Of a DNA stretch of 64,000 bases, positions 50,626 through 62,474 are shown one piece after another. Below the pieces are notes generated by a model. That model had not been told where the DNA came from. It was given only the letters and a program-made list of their open reading frames with translations, and did not search any database. Every line of letters starts with the position of its first letter. Within the stretch, counting starts at the first letter, position 1. The position numbers and the translations under genes are program-made. Source of the DNA: Haliotis rubra (lineage: Eukaryota); the NCBI RefSeq assembly GCF_003918875.1, contig NW_025767080.1:496001-560000 (forward strand), written 5' to 3'.

Positions 50626-52900
50626 TGGAAATCACCATAGTGAGTACAGAGGATGATAAGGGCAAACAGGACTTACTTACACAGTAGTTAAATGAAGCTG
50701 AGAAGCCTACCAAAACTCCAACATGGTTCAGCATGCAAATGACTTGAATTTGAACGTTTTAATACTTTGCTCATTGACAACCTTGATGTGGACCCATTGC
50801 CGAAGGATGTGTCCAAGAATCTTTTTTATTTACAAAAATCATTGCGAAATATAGTTTATAATTCTGTCGATAATATGTCGTCATTTGAAATGTAATAAGT
50901 GTTTTCGGTCATTGTAAAAAGTGACAGATTTAATAAATGAATCTTTAGTCGTAATTTTGAGGCCTGACATGTCAGAGAAATTTTGCTTATTAGTGTGGTT
51001 TTTTTTCCACATATCCCAACACGAGCTGAATTCGACGTTCTGGTGATTTTGACGATTGCATTGCTCGCGCTATATCGGGTGAGTAATTGTGCGATCGGAG
51101 TGCACAAACAGTTTCACTGGTAGGGCGGGTGCCCAGTCGCTGTCCTGAGAAGTTTTATTTGACAATGGAAATCGGGAAGTAAAGGTATATAAAAAGCAAA
51201 CAAACATCAATATTATTTACCCGAGATCATTAATACCACTTTAGATGCAAAATCAGTTGCCTTTATAACAAAAAATAGAAAGCGAAAATTCAGTAAGATC
51301 AGTCGTCTGCTGGTGACATGCAATATATAAATATGAAGCCACGTGATCACAACACTCCCTCGCAGTGCGGAGCAAAAGGTATGGCTCATCGTCGAACACC
51401 CATACAAAATACCTGGATGTTAGGAGCGGCCACTGTTTCGCCGATACAATGTCATCAACGCTATTTTTGTAGGAAACGCTTGATATTTTTGTGTGGAATA
51501 GATGAATATATCCTTTATCACTCGAGGTTAGTAAAATATAAACTTTAAATGATATTACAGATAAAAATTACGTTTTTGTCTTACATCGTCGAACACCCCT
51601 GACACCGGGATACTATATAATTTGATATGTCAAGTCAAAGTGTCCCCCCCAAAAAAATTGAAGAGATTTTTTTTCCCTCCTCCAACTCTGCATTTCAGTT
51701 GTCAATAACGCTTTAACAAGTTTCCATGTCATCCCTCACAGGAGCATACAACTTATAACATCCACGTTTGTCTGAGATATACATCAACTAATAGCCTTTG
51801 CCTTGTTTCAAAGAGGCTGAAATACTTGCTTACGGGCACAGTACTTCAGGTTCTGATAAAGGATTGCAATAAAAATATTTGAAAGCATGTTCAACAACAC
51901 AGATCAAGTTTCACTTAACTGTAATTTAGTGTAAAATGCAATGAGCTAATTCACCTAAATCAATCTACCTGAACAGTGCAGTACACTACTGTGTTTCGGA
52001 GTGACGTGGCTGTTAACTGCATTGGTTAATGTTTAAATAAAAAAAATATATGGTCATCTATAAAACACAGGCTTCAGCAAACACAAATTAGGTTTGTTTG
52101 ATGAAAGGCTACGAGTGACATAAATCCGTGGGCAAACTGTCATGTTTACACATGACCGCCCATCGACCTCGGTATTCTCAGGTGCCACTCACCACCTACA
52201 TGCACACGTATACTCTTTCTACCAGACTTAACTTTTACCCTGATGGAAAAAAACTAGTCTTTGATGTTTCACACTGTGTTTTGGTATGAACATTCAAAAT
52301 CTCTGTAGAGGAATAATTGATAACAGTTTGAAACAAGGGTCCAAATTCAGTAGACTTAATAATTAACTGTTTACGTTACAAAGATTTCTCATTGGATAGA
52401 GACTTGGACTAAACAAAATGTGTTTCTATAAATAGGTTCTTCTGCCATTTAACACAATGATATTGTATATCTGACTGACAAAGGGTCTCAGAGTAAACAC
52501 AGTGTTACGCTCTAATACACTGCCACAGGGGTATACAAGTAACACATTTCTGTTTCATGGAATGTGAAATTTTTTCAAGAAATAATGTTCCCAACTTGAA
52601 TTCAAACAATAAAATTTATGTGGAAACTACAGATTCACTCCTACTCAGTAGGCTAGATATACAGTGAGACAGGCTATGAGGTGTCTAGCCATACACTTCA
52701 TGCTACACTGGTGAAGGTTTTAGTATCACAAGAAGGATTGCCATGAAGCAGCAGCCTACCCAACAATTCAAATTAAACACACCCACACTGTGACATCACC
52801 AAACTCATACCTATAATCAGATATCTATTACGATCAGATATCTGTCACAAAAGGAATCATGTTCCTTACTGTCAGTGAGCCAATTGAGGTTAGTCCTCAC

Positions 52901-53063
52901 CTTTATCATAGTCTGCTAAACACAATGGTCGCATCACCAGATTTTCTCCAGGATGTGTTGGGGAGACTGGGGGGTTGTACTTCGCGGGAGACTTAGAAAA
53001 ATCTATCAGTTTCAGAATATCCGGGTCATACTGGTAGCATTCTTGTCCATCCACAAGGCCATT
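52901..53063 (-). CDS. GNPNAT1: GNPNAT1 exon 2
   Basis: ttcag| acceptor and |gtgagg donor. Translates NGLVDGQECYQYDPDILKLIDFSKSPAKYNPPVSPTHPGENLVMRPLCLADYDK(G), matching the SPxHPGE-x-LVxRPLC-x-xD motif of animal GNPNAT1. Confidence 0.94.
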
Positions 53064-53149
53064 CTGAAGAAGAAGAAAAGCTTATCACAAACAATGACAT
53101 CACTCGGAGCATAAGACGAGTATACCTAGGAATCTAGAAAGTTGCTCTA

Positions 53150-53382
53150 CCAAGATGAGGAGTCTGCCAAGTTGAGGAGTCTGTCAAGATAAGGAATCTG
53201 TCAAAATAAGGAGTCTGCCAAGTTAAGGAATCCGCCAAGATAAGTAGTCTGCCAAGATAGGGAATCTGTCAAGATAAGGAGTCTACAAAGATATGGAGTC
53301 AACCAAGATGGAGAGTTTAACAAGAAAGTAAACCTAAATAGTTAGAAAGTCTACCGAGATAGAGAGTTTACCAACATAGGGA
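53150..53382. repeat. Degenerate ~17-bp minisatellite
   Basis: caagat(a/g)aggagtctg(c/t) repeated ~12 times. Confidence 0.8.
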
Positions 53383-53394
53383 GTGTGCACTGGT

Positions 53395-53549
53395 GAGTGA
53401 CTGAGTGAGTGAGTTTAGTTTTACGCCGCTTTTAGCAATATTCCAGCTATATCGGGACACCAGTAATGGGCTTCACATATTGTACCATGTGGGGAATTGA
53501 ACCCGGGTCCTCGGCATGACGAACGAACGCTTTAACCACTATGCTACCC
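53395..53549 (-). mobile_element. tRNA-derived SINE (same family as 2260..2430)
   Basis: Minus strand GGGGTAGCATAGTGGTTAAAGCGTTCG...CCGGGTTCAATTCCCC with a (CTCA)n tail. cactggt repeated on both flanks (TSD). Confidence 0.85.
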
Positions 53550-55779
53550 CACTGGTTAGAGAGTGTACCAGGATAGACATTTACCAAGAGAGCAAGTAGC
53601 AGACTCAAGTTCTTGTAATGAAAAACTGTACCTGTGTTCAGATTCTGACGGGATTCCATTACTTAGAATGTAAATCAGTTGGCTCTAAACAATGAAATAT
53701 AAATAATTGGCTGTCTATCATTTCTGCATTTCTGGAAATAATATGTCTAACTAGCTATTAAAATCTTGACAAATTGTCTTCAATAAATTAAAACGAATCA
53801 ACTATCGAAGTAATGATTAATCAGACATGAAAACAGGTACAGATAACTGAGGTGTAATCATGGTAATGCTTCCATTCAAAATTGATTACCACAACGCTGC
53901 ATACCATGTCAGCGTGAACACCAAACATCACATCAGCAGAAAGTGCAGCATAACATGGCGAATACAGGAACATTAACTGTATACAGTAAATTGAGATATA
54001 CATTTACACTTACCAGCACATTATTACCTTCCATTTCACTCACAATTATTTCTTGTGGACAGCTTTGGATTCAGCAAATAATGGACTAGCTTACGCAACT
54101 TCAATTTATGAATGTGAACACCCATGTTTCTCAATGATTCATTAGCACCCATTTCTATAACAACCAGACAGTCAACATTATTAGTCACCATGACTACAAG
54201 GATTATCAGTCATTCTGTTCAACTTCAGGAGAATGACAATCAATACATTATTGTTACCTTCTATATTATACCACTAATCTACACAAGACCTTCTTATTTC
54301 TAGTCTACAGAAGTTTATAAAACAGGTCAAAATAAACATAAAGTTGTGTGACTACATAATAAATGTTATTCCTGGTGGAGCAGTATATTGGTTGATCAGG
54401 TCCACAGTGAAATCTAAATGCTACATATACTGCAATACTTTGAACAGGCATAATCAACATTAACCCAAACGAGAAATTTACCTTTATTAGATGGTTACAA
54501 ATTTGGGGCCGAGCATTTAAAGTAAATATTCCTTGGTAAAAATGAAACACAACTTTATGGATGACCACTTATTTTTGACTCACCAGCTTCTAGTATGCTG
54601 ATCAAACAATTAGTCTTTGGTAATATTTCAAAAAAATTCAAGTTCTAAATTATGGTTGGGGTGGGTAATTCAGGTACTTGAGTCAAGTTAGTCCTGATTA
54701 CTGACTAGGACCCAGGTACCCCAATGATTTTCTCCCAATTTTCCTACAGTTGGCCCCTCAACAAAACCTTGTATCACTGGATTTATTCTTTGACTCTGGT
54801 TAGGAAAGAAGATTCCACAACATGTTTTACTGACTTTTTTCATTTCAAAAATGAAGAAATAAATTTGATATGTTAACATCATAGACAAATGATAGATGGA
54901 CAGACTATGCACCACGCCATAAGTCCACATGGTTTATCTGTGTTGGTTATAATTAGTTCCTCCTGTATATCTCACGACTGGTATGAAAGATGACTTCCTG
55001 GTTTACCCAGAATGTTATCTGCACCACACTTGTTGACAATCCCTTCAATTGACATGGAGTCTATGTACTCATTTATGACAATACTTTTCTCTCATCTAAA
55101 GACACAACCAAATTAATAATTCACTCTGGAACATACCTTGCTTTAGTGTAAATCTAGACTGATTTTGTTTTCATAAAATATTCTCTTAAGCGATCACAAT
55201 TCAGAGACACCTTCCATGAATTACTACACACAAACTACATTAACAATATGTGTAAATCATTATCCCAAATATAACACATATTAGAAATATGGAACAAGAT
55301 AGCAGTTCTGCCCATATTAAAAGACCCAACCTGTTCAGATTTTATTTATTATGGGAGAATAAATAGAATTTAAGTAATAAATAAAAGCTATAAATATATT
55401 GTCCAAACAAAGTAAACAGTAACAAAGATTCTAGAACTGATTCACTGAACTGAAGTGATTACCAAAGTTGCTTTAAGAAAGTAGGGCCAGAAAGTACATT
55501 ATTTTACACATTTCTTTACATTGATAAGCATCGGTTCACACAATTTAATAATAAATCAATTTTGTTGCCCAATTTTGTGGCCCTAAATTCAGAGCTGGTC
55601 TCTCACTGAAGCGTTATAATTAAATTCTAATTCACTGAAACAACGTTAGTGTTGAAATCAATAACTTTTCCAGTCATGTACACTTCGAACACCTGTCAAA
55701 CACAATGAATAACGTGTCGAGCGGCCCAGATGCAGAGGCTCCGACTACTAACAAATCAAATGCTCATCTCATTTCTTAC

Positions 55780-55809
55780 CTCAGTCTTGCTGCCAGCTTC
55801 TGTCGCCAT
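55780..55809 (-). CDS. GNPNAT1: GNPNAT1 first coding exon (joined CDS 600 nt, 199 aa)
   Basis: aagATGGCG start, translates MATEAGSKTE, then |gtaaga donor. Phase 0 joins exon 2, which lacks an N-terminal Met. Confidence 0.78.
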
Positions 55810-56207
55810 CTTCATTTCTCTGTACATGCCACCGAGTGTTAGGTTCTGTCAACGTGTCCGGATTTCCAGTTTAACCCTTTTTGTCAATAAACAAATCCAC
55901 GTCGCGATCGATCACGGTCTCCCGTGACATGCAAACCTTAGGTAGCGCTGCCCTTCCCAGTTTGTTAGGCTTGCTGTCATTGGCCAGACAGGTGCGCTAT
56001 GATCCTACGTGATCCCGGTTGTTAATCTCTAAGCAGATTAAGTTAATTAGATCATCTACAATAATGACAAAACAGTGTTTATTTGGAGCAATAACTATTA
56101 TATAATCTTTTTATATTAAATGTAGTAATATCCGAGCATGGTATAATGACATATGTTAATATCTGTAGAAGTTTGGTGCTTCTTCAGATACAGAGATTAT
56201 TTTCAAA
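55810..56207. promoter_or_regulatory. Putative bidirectional promoter / 5' UTRs between GNPNAT1 and CRLS1
   Basis: Divergent ATGs 398 bp apart. Locally CpG-enriched, with ATTGG (reverse CCAAT) at ~55979. Confidence 0.6.
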
Positions 56208-56717
56208 ATGTCTGCGCCCTTGAGGCGTGTATTTCCAAAACATGTAGATAATATTCGTGGTTTTATGTGTGACATGTCCATGTCATCTCTTTTGCCTTTT
56301 TGTAGTCGATGCTCTGAACGGGTGTATTCATCACTGGGTCTTAGACGATGTAAAATACCCAAATTGTGTACACGTACAGGACGTTTGAAGTTCGAATCCT
56401 TCGCAAACAGTCGGAATGCAAGTGTATTTCACGATGACCGTGGCCTGTATAGACACGCAAAACAGCAGTATGGAAGTAAACGGAACCATGTTTCGACCTC
56501 CAACACAGTCATACAGATTCAGAGAGCTAATCTTAGTGCTAAGAGAAGCTTTGGAACATTTATGTGTCGTAGAAAAGAGAAAGCTGTATCCGTGATATCG
56601 ACCGATCTTCAAAAACAGTCGGGCACCGACTGTAGAATACTGAAAGTGGATGTTTGGTGTAAAAACATAAACAGTGGTCCTAGAAAACAAGTGAAAGAAG
56701 CAACCACCTCTTCACCG
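56208..56717 (+). CDS. CRLS1: CRLS1 exon 1 (long basic N-terminal region, probable mitochondrial targeting sequence)
   Basis: caaaATGTCT start. 170 open codons rich in R/K/S. CCG|gtatat donor in phase 0 joins exon 2. The product is inferred from position, not homology. Confidence 0.62.
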
Positions 56718-57229
56718 GTATATAAATAGCCCAGATACAAAGCATGTTCAAAACAAAATAATTATAAGCCTGTTCCTTGGGCTCACAGTCACAGTGTACA
56801 CTCTGGGAACATGTATGGTTCAAACATATGATATGTACCTACCCACCCGACCAGAGATATAAGTGGTTGCTGTAAGCTATAATATGCATTTTTGGCACTA
56901 AATGGTTTGATGGGTGGCATATCATTAAGCAACTGAGGGGAGCAATCATCCTAAGTGCCTCCAAGTAGCAAGATTAGCTTATTGCAATATATTCAATCAT
57001 CTTTCCAGGTCACAACATGAAGCACCAAAGTGTTCTAAGTTGAGAAGAGTTCCATGGTTACATAAATGAGGGTGGGTGGAGGGGGATCAAATCAAAAAGA
57101 GAAACTATGTCTTTTATTCCCAGAAAGCTAAATTTTGGTTTGTATACAATGGCTGACTTATTGCAACTGGAATATATGATAATGTCATTTATCAATTTCA
57201 TTTGATTTCACAATGCCATTTAGAAAGTG

Positions 57230-57470
57230 GTAAAATGTAATGTATGTGATGTTTGGGATTACACTTTCTTAAAGTTTCATTTCTAGTACTTTTGTCGCCT
57301 GCACACAAAGTCAGCCATGGCTGAGCGGGTTAGGTGGCTGACTTTGTGTGCTGGTGATTAGGTGCCTGACTCTGAGGGTGTGGGTTCGAATCCTGGATGG
57401 CACTCAACTCAACAAAAGTACTAGAATCTGTACTTTACTAAGAAAGTGTAATCCCAAATATAACATATGT
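57230..57470. mobile_element. Fold-back element with tRNA-like A/B boxes in CRLS1 intron 1
   Basis: The right arm has TGGCTGAGCGG and GGTTCGAATCC. The left arm has reverse complements of the right (tttgggattacactttctta/taagaaagtgtaatcccaaa; ctagtacttttgt/acaaaagtactag; gcacacaaagtcagcca/tggctgactttgtgtgc). Confidence 0.7.
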
Positions 57471-57622
57471 AATATCAATTTCATGTTTTGATTTACTCTT
57501 CATATAATGATAACTTGATTTCTTGCTACATAAATCAATAATTATGTTATGCCAAACTGACCATTTTGTCATTTGAAAAGATTACAATATCTTATGCTAT
57601 AGATATCAGAGAACATTTTCAG

Positions 57623-57762
57623 ACAGAGAACATTTACACAATTCCAAACTTGCTGACAGTGGGACGGATGTTATCGGCACCGTTTCTTGGATACATGGTG
57701 ATGAGTGAGAACTTTCAGTGGGCACTAGGACTTTTTGCTTTCGCTGGCGCGTAAGTGATTTG
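57623..57762 (+). CDS. CRLS1: CRLS1 exon 2, with an apparent 2-bp insertion (frameshift) at ~57747-57750
   Basis: tttcag| acceptor. Translates TENIYTIPNLLTVGRMLSAPFLGYMVMSENFQWALGLFAFAG[gc]VSDL, then |gtaagt. TIPNxLT/S is the cardiolipin synthase/PgsA signature. Confidence 0.88.
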
Positions 57763-58325
57763 GTAAGTCGCCTGAAAGCCCTTTATAACCATTATAAGTA
57801 TCAAAGACAAGAATGAGAAGGAAAAAGAAGGGTCAGCTTTAAAAGTGTTGTACCTAGTGTGCTTGGTATGTGTAAACTACCTTTTAGGTAAACTGTGAAT
57901 TCAGAAAATGAATTGGAACAAGAGAATAGCAGTTCATTGATTTCTGAAACAAACCAATTAATTACCTTAACAGAGCAATATGGCTTTCCTGGCTATTTCA
58001 ATTTTCACTGGGGGCACACACATCTAGTCACATAAGGCAGTGCAGAGTTGTGCCCCTTGATTGTGCTAGAATGCTATGACTGTAGTTATTGTTGTATTCA
58101 CCTTCATCTACGATTCATGGTTTGTCAGAATCATACCTGCACTCATTGGTAAAGGTGGTAAACAAACTGCTTCACATGGAGCAGACAAACATGCCATGAT
58201 ATACTTGACTTATGGATAAGTATTCAAATCAGTCTAAAGCAGTGTCAGGACATGTTTTCTTCTGCCCCTCCTGAATCAGTGTCAGTTTCAGTGGGACCCT
58301 CAACTCTGGCTCTAAATGTTTTCAG

Positions 58326-58455
58326 TTGGATGGTTACATCGCCAGAAACTTCAAGAATCAAAACTCTATCCTAGGTTCTGCCCTGGATCCCATGGCTGAC
58401 AAGATACTTGTCAGTGTTCTGGTGCTGACACTCACATCAGTCAACCTAATACCAT
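58326..58455 (+). CDS. CRLS1: CRLS1 exon 3 (CDP-alcohol phosphotransferase motif)
   Basis: ttcag| acceptor and |gtaagt donor. Translates [43 protein letters not shown] (DG-x2-AR...G-x3-D-x3-D). Confidence 0.95.
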
Positions 58456-58576
58456 GTAAGTATATCAGTATATCATGTAAGTCTTAGTAGTTTTGCCATT
58501 AGAATGGTTTCACAAAATTTTACTTGATCTCAAGAGGTTAATCATACATATGAATGTCATGTGTCTGGTGTTTCAG

Positions 58577-58662
58577 TGCCTCTTACAGCATTAATAGTAG
58601 GGAGAGATGTGGCTCTCATTGCTGCAGCCTTCTACCTTAGATACATCACACTGCCTCCTCCG
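58577..58662 (+). CDS. CRLS1: CRLS1 exon 4
   Basis: tttcag| acceptor and |gtgaga donor. Translates (L)PLTALIVGRDVALIAAAFYLRYITLPPP. Confidence 0.93.
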
Positions 58663-58840
58663 GTGAGAACTACTGTCCTTATAACCTTCATACTTGTTGA
58701 TACTAGATCTCTTTCCTTTGTACTGTATCCATTTCATCCAACAAAAACACTCACACTGTGATATAACTAACACCCTGTTGAAGAGCCATAGTGCCAGTCT
58801 CCCTGACCATACTCTCTCAATATCATGTTAGCATGAATAC

Positions 58841-59015
58841 CTCCTCGGTGGTGTAGTGGGTAGAGTGTCTGCCTGGAGAGCCATTAATTGTTAATTGCTT
58901 TTGATATTTGAAAATGAAACAAGGATCAGTCCACTTGGTGTCTGAGGCAGATATCCTTGCAACAGAATCTTAGTGGGCTAGCACTATAAAACCAGTATAC
59001 GTTGGACTAGTACAT
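58841..59015 (+). mobile_element. Decayed tRNA-headed SINE fragment
   Basis: cggtggtgtagtgggtagagtgtctgcc A-box-like head, with gctagcactataaa...ggactagtaca downstream. Confidence 0.35.
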
Positions 59016-59257
59016 ACATGCATGCACAAACACATGCACACATACATGCGTGAGAACACAGAAATAATTTTAATGTAGGAAACTTTTCAACATTTAAAAA
59101 ATTGTGCCCCCTGGATATGAATTGTTATGTAGCTGAAACTGTTTCTTGTAAATCTATGGCAGTTCATCTGAATATTTGTTTTCATAGCTTGGTGGATTAA
59201 TGTAATTCTAGATAATTATTTGTATTTATTTTTTGTTTTTTATTTCCTTTTTTCCAG

Positions 59258-59326
59258 AAAACGCTATCCAGGTATTTTGACGTCACACTAGTTTCAGCAA
59301 AGTTGGAACCATTTTTGATTAGCAAG
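59258..59326 (+). CDS. CRLS1: CRLS1 exon 5
   Basis: Long polypyrimidine tract, ttccag| acceptor and |gtaaga donor. Translates KTLSRYFDVTLVSAKLEPFLISK. Confidence 0.93.
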
Positions 59327-59475
59327 GTAAGAAACATTTGCCCAAAGGTTTAGGTTGATCATAGTATTCATACATAAAGCTCTAGTTGAATGTGTTGATG
59401 CATGTAATGTGAGGAGCATAGCCAAATTCTTTCACCCTTCTTAGAGAAAGAGAATCATAAGTCATACTCTATGTA

Positions 59476-60319
59476 TACTAGCCACATAAAGAAACTGTGC
59501 ACACAGAAAATTCCTTCAGAATTGGAATAAAACACAGAAAAGACGAAATGATGTAGACACTTTATAAGCTGAAGTATCGGGCCGCAACAACATGTCAAAA
59601 GAACATGAACAATATCCGTAATGATGACGTCAGAAGTTAAAAATTGAGTAGGGGGCCACACGTCGAAGTCACAGAGTCAATAACGGGTATGACCATCATG
59701 CGCGTGAAGCACAGCAGTGCATTGACGACGCATAGAGGCTACCAAATGAGCATTGAAGGCCTGGGGAGTGGTTTGGGACGTGGTCACTGCCGTGTCTGAG
59801 ATGAATCACCCAAATCCATCTGTCCTGTCTTGGCGTCGTTACTCGGGGACGCCCAGAATTCGGGTGGTCGGCACCGTCATTAATTACTGTTTCCATAACG
59901 CCTGACCAATGCAGATATCGTGTTACGATGGACTTGGAAATGTGCTGCCTCCTGTTGATGGCTCATGCCTGCTCGAACCATTCCAATTGCTTCATGACGT
60001 TGAGCAGATGTTAATCTTGGCATGATGTGCATGTGACTTCTCATGTGAATTTGTGAACGTTTGAATGACCAAAGATCAAGCTTTTGACAGTGACATCAAT
60101 TTCTGAGTTTCATATGTTGTGTGCAGCTGCACGGGCTGCACGTGCAGTAACACATTGCAAGTCCATAGGCCACCATCAATGACGTCACGTCGCCTGGCAC
60201 CTGCATGAGCATTTGATTGTCTCCAATACTTGCTATGTTCACACCTTTATTTATGTATTAAGACGCTGTCTGCCTATCTTTATATTTTCTGTGTGCACAG
60301 TTTCTTTATGTGGCCAGTA
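59476..60319 (-). mobile_element. Tc1/mariner internal-deletion derivative (844 bp)
   Basis: ~36-bp TIRs tact(a/g)gccacataaagaaactgtgcacacagaaaat with TA on both flanks. Minus strand encodes MPRLTSAQRHEAIGMVRAGMSHQQEAAHFQVHRNTISAL / SGRPRVTTPRQDRWI (HTH region), followed by C-terminal LVASMRRQCTAVLHAHDGHTRY*. The DDE core is missing. Confidence 0.9.
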
Positions 60320-60356
60320 TATAATAAACTATAGAGTGTTTCTGTATAATTTGCAG

Positions 60357-60448
60357 TGGAACACAGCATTTCAGCTCTCTCTAGTGGCCTTCACCTTGGC
60401 TGCTCCTGTCTTCAACTATGTCGATCATCCACTGTTGCAGGGACTATG
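60357..60448 (+). CDS. CRLS1: CRLS1 exon 6
   Basis: ttgcag| acceptor and |gtgagt donor. Translates WNTAFQLSLVAFTLAAPVFNYVDHPLLQGL(W). Confidence 0.94.
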
Positions 60449-61349
60449 GTGAGTGAAGTTGGATTTCCAAAGAAAATAGTTCAGTATATTCTGGAACAAT
60501 TCAACACCATGGCATTTTGTGACGCTACTAGCCCCACTGTCTCCCGTTACCCCCTTACCACACAATATCTTTCACACATAAGCTTGAAATTGATAAATAA
60601 TGCCACATTTGAATCGGAGATAGGCATAGTAAAGTCGTGGCCTCAGTTGTAGATGATCTTAAGCTGGAAGAGATGGTTTTGTGAGTGCTAAGAATCGATG
60701 AGAAAAGTCATTTTGTCACAGCAGGGATATTCTACAACAGGGATCGGTCACTCGCTTGCTTTCTTTACCATTTGTACTAATTAACGTGTGCCTCGTCATG
60801 CTCCAACGCACACAGTGACTTGGTTCGTTCCCAGCGCAACTTCGGCTGCGTTTAACAGTACTTCAGCCAGTGTATTGTATCAGTCGGAATTTTACAATGA
60901 ATGAAGGAATTAATTAAGAGCAAGAATTATATGTGAATGAATGAAAGAAATAAAGAAAAAGAACAAAAGAAAGAAATACATATGTGAATGAATGAAAGAA
61001 TAAATGATACACCACAGCCATCCCTCCCCAAACATGTTAAAGAACGCAAAACTATCGGTAGAACACATGTGTTAACATCAGCTGTCCTTTTTTTTAAAAA
61101 TCTACTTTGAGACATTTTTTTACATTAGTAACTAATTCAGATATCTTATTGCATGTGTGGAATGGCATGGACATTGACAGAATGTTAACTGACACTGTCA
61201 CAGACCCCTCAAAAACAGAAAGTTCAGAACTATCACAAAGCGTTGTAAACACCTTTCCAGTTTTGTCACATACTAAGATCAACAAGAAAGAAAGAAGTTT
61301 TAGAACTATAACACTCAAGCATCACAAGCATCAATGGCGTATCAGAACA

Positions 61350-61702
61350 GATCAGCGATATGTCATATTTTTCACACACCTCAATTACACTCTAACAAAT
61401 TTTTTAAAATTATAAAACTATCACTATTACTTGCAAACACCTTTCACCTGATGGTATATTCCCCTCATAAAAATTAAAGGTGTATGTGAAAGATGTTTTA
61501 GAACAATAACTTGAAACACTCAAACAACGCCCTGTAGTATTTCAATGGCAGAACGGCGATATGTCATATTTTTCACACACCTCAAATAAACCCTAACAAT
61601 TTTTGTTAGTTTTAAAACTATCACTATTACTTGCAAACACCTTTCAACTTAAGGTATATTTCCCTTCTAAAGATTAAACAAATATGTGAAAGATGTTTTT
61701 AG
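61350..61702. repeat. Two-copy ~200-bp-period direct repeat
   Basis: gcgatatgtcatatttttcacacacctcaa...aaaactatcactattacttgcaaacacctttca...tgtgaaagatgtttt at ~61355 and ~61556. Confidence 0.8.
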
Positions 61703-62052
61703 CGATATAATTTAGTCTTTCTTCGCTGTGTACTGAGAACTGAGAACTGAAGCCAGTGAGCTACAACATGCCGACTTGAAACTTAACAAATCTACTGTAC
61801 TAATACTGACACTAATAACAATTATTTGACTTAAAATGAAGTGACAGAATAGGTAACTTATCTTCTACATGTAGGTTTTCAGTTGTCACAACACTCAGCG
61901 TATGTAATCAGTTGTTGAAAATAAACCGGGCTCAATCTTAAAAACTACGCTGACGCCATATTGGCTACACTGGTCACGTGACGAGCCGAGGCATACGCTA
62001 AGGGGCTTTCCGAGGAGTGACCACTCCCCCTTATATAGTCTCCCTGGTTACA

Positions 62053-62137
62053 GTGAGTGAGTGAGTTTAGTTTTACGCTGCTTTTAGCAATATTTCAGCA
62101 ATATCACGGTTGGGGACACCATAAATGGGCTTTACAC
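62053..62137 (-). mobile_element. 5'-truncated copy of the (CTCA)n-tailed SINE
   Basis: gtgagtgagtgagtttagttttacgctgcttttagcaatatt...ggggacaccataaatgggctt matches the 3' half of 2260..2430 and 53395..53549. Confidence 0.8.
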
Positions 62138-62474
62138 TTTTCATTTTGTTACAAGATATTTTGATTGCACACTGAAGTCAAATCAGGTTAAACAGTGACA
62201 AAATAATAACTTGTTTGTATGTCTATGTATTGGGCATTGTGTCTTTTCATTTGGACTCAAAACAAACACCCATGATGTTGAATTGGTCCAGGATATTTGT
62301 CACAGTAGAATTAAAGTTTGCTTTGAACTCTGCTAAATAATATTGTTTAGTTTGTTATTAGGATGTGATTTGGAAGTTGTATTCAATCCTGAAAGAATTC
62401 TTGCCACGTCCATATCTTGTGGCATCATAGTGGTGTCATACAGTATCAAATTAATCTAAGTTGTTTTTGTGCAG

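Noticed and set aside
57751-57756. GTAAGT at 57751 as the true donor of CRLS1 exon 2
   Set aside because: It gives phase 2 against a phase-0 acceptor and removes VSDL, including the first conserved Asp.
60500-62048. A single TIR element spanning CRLS1 intron 6
   Set aside because: The right end (tatatagtctccctgg) looks like a transposon terminus, but I could not find a matching left TIR or TSD.
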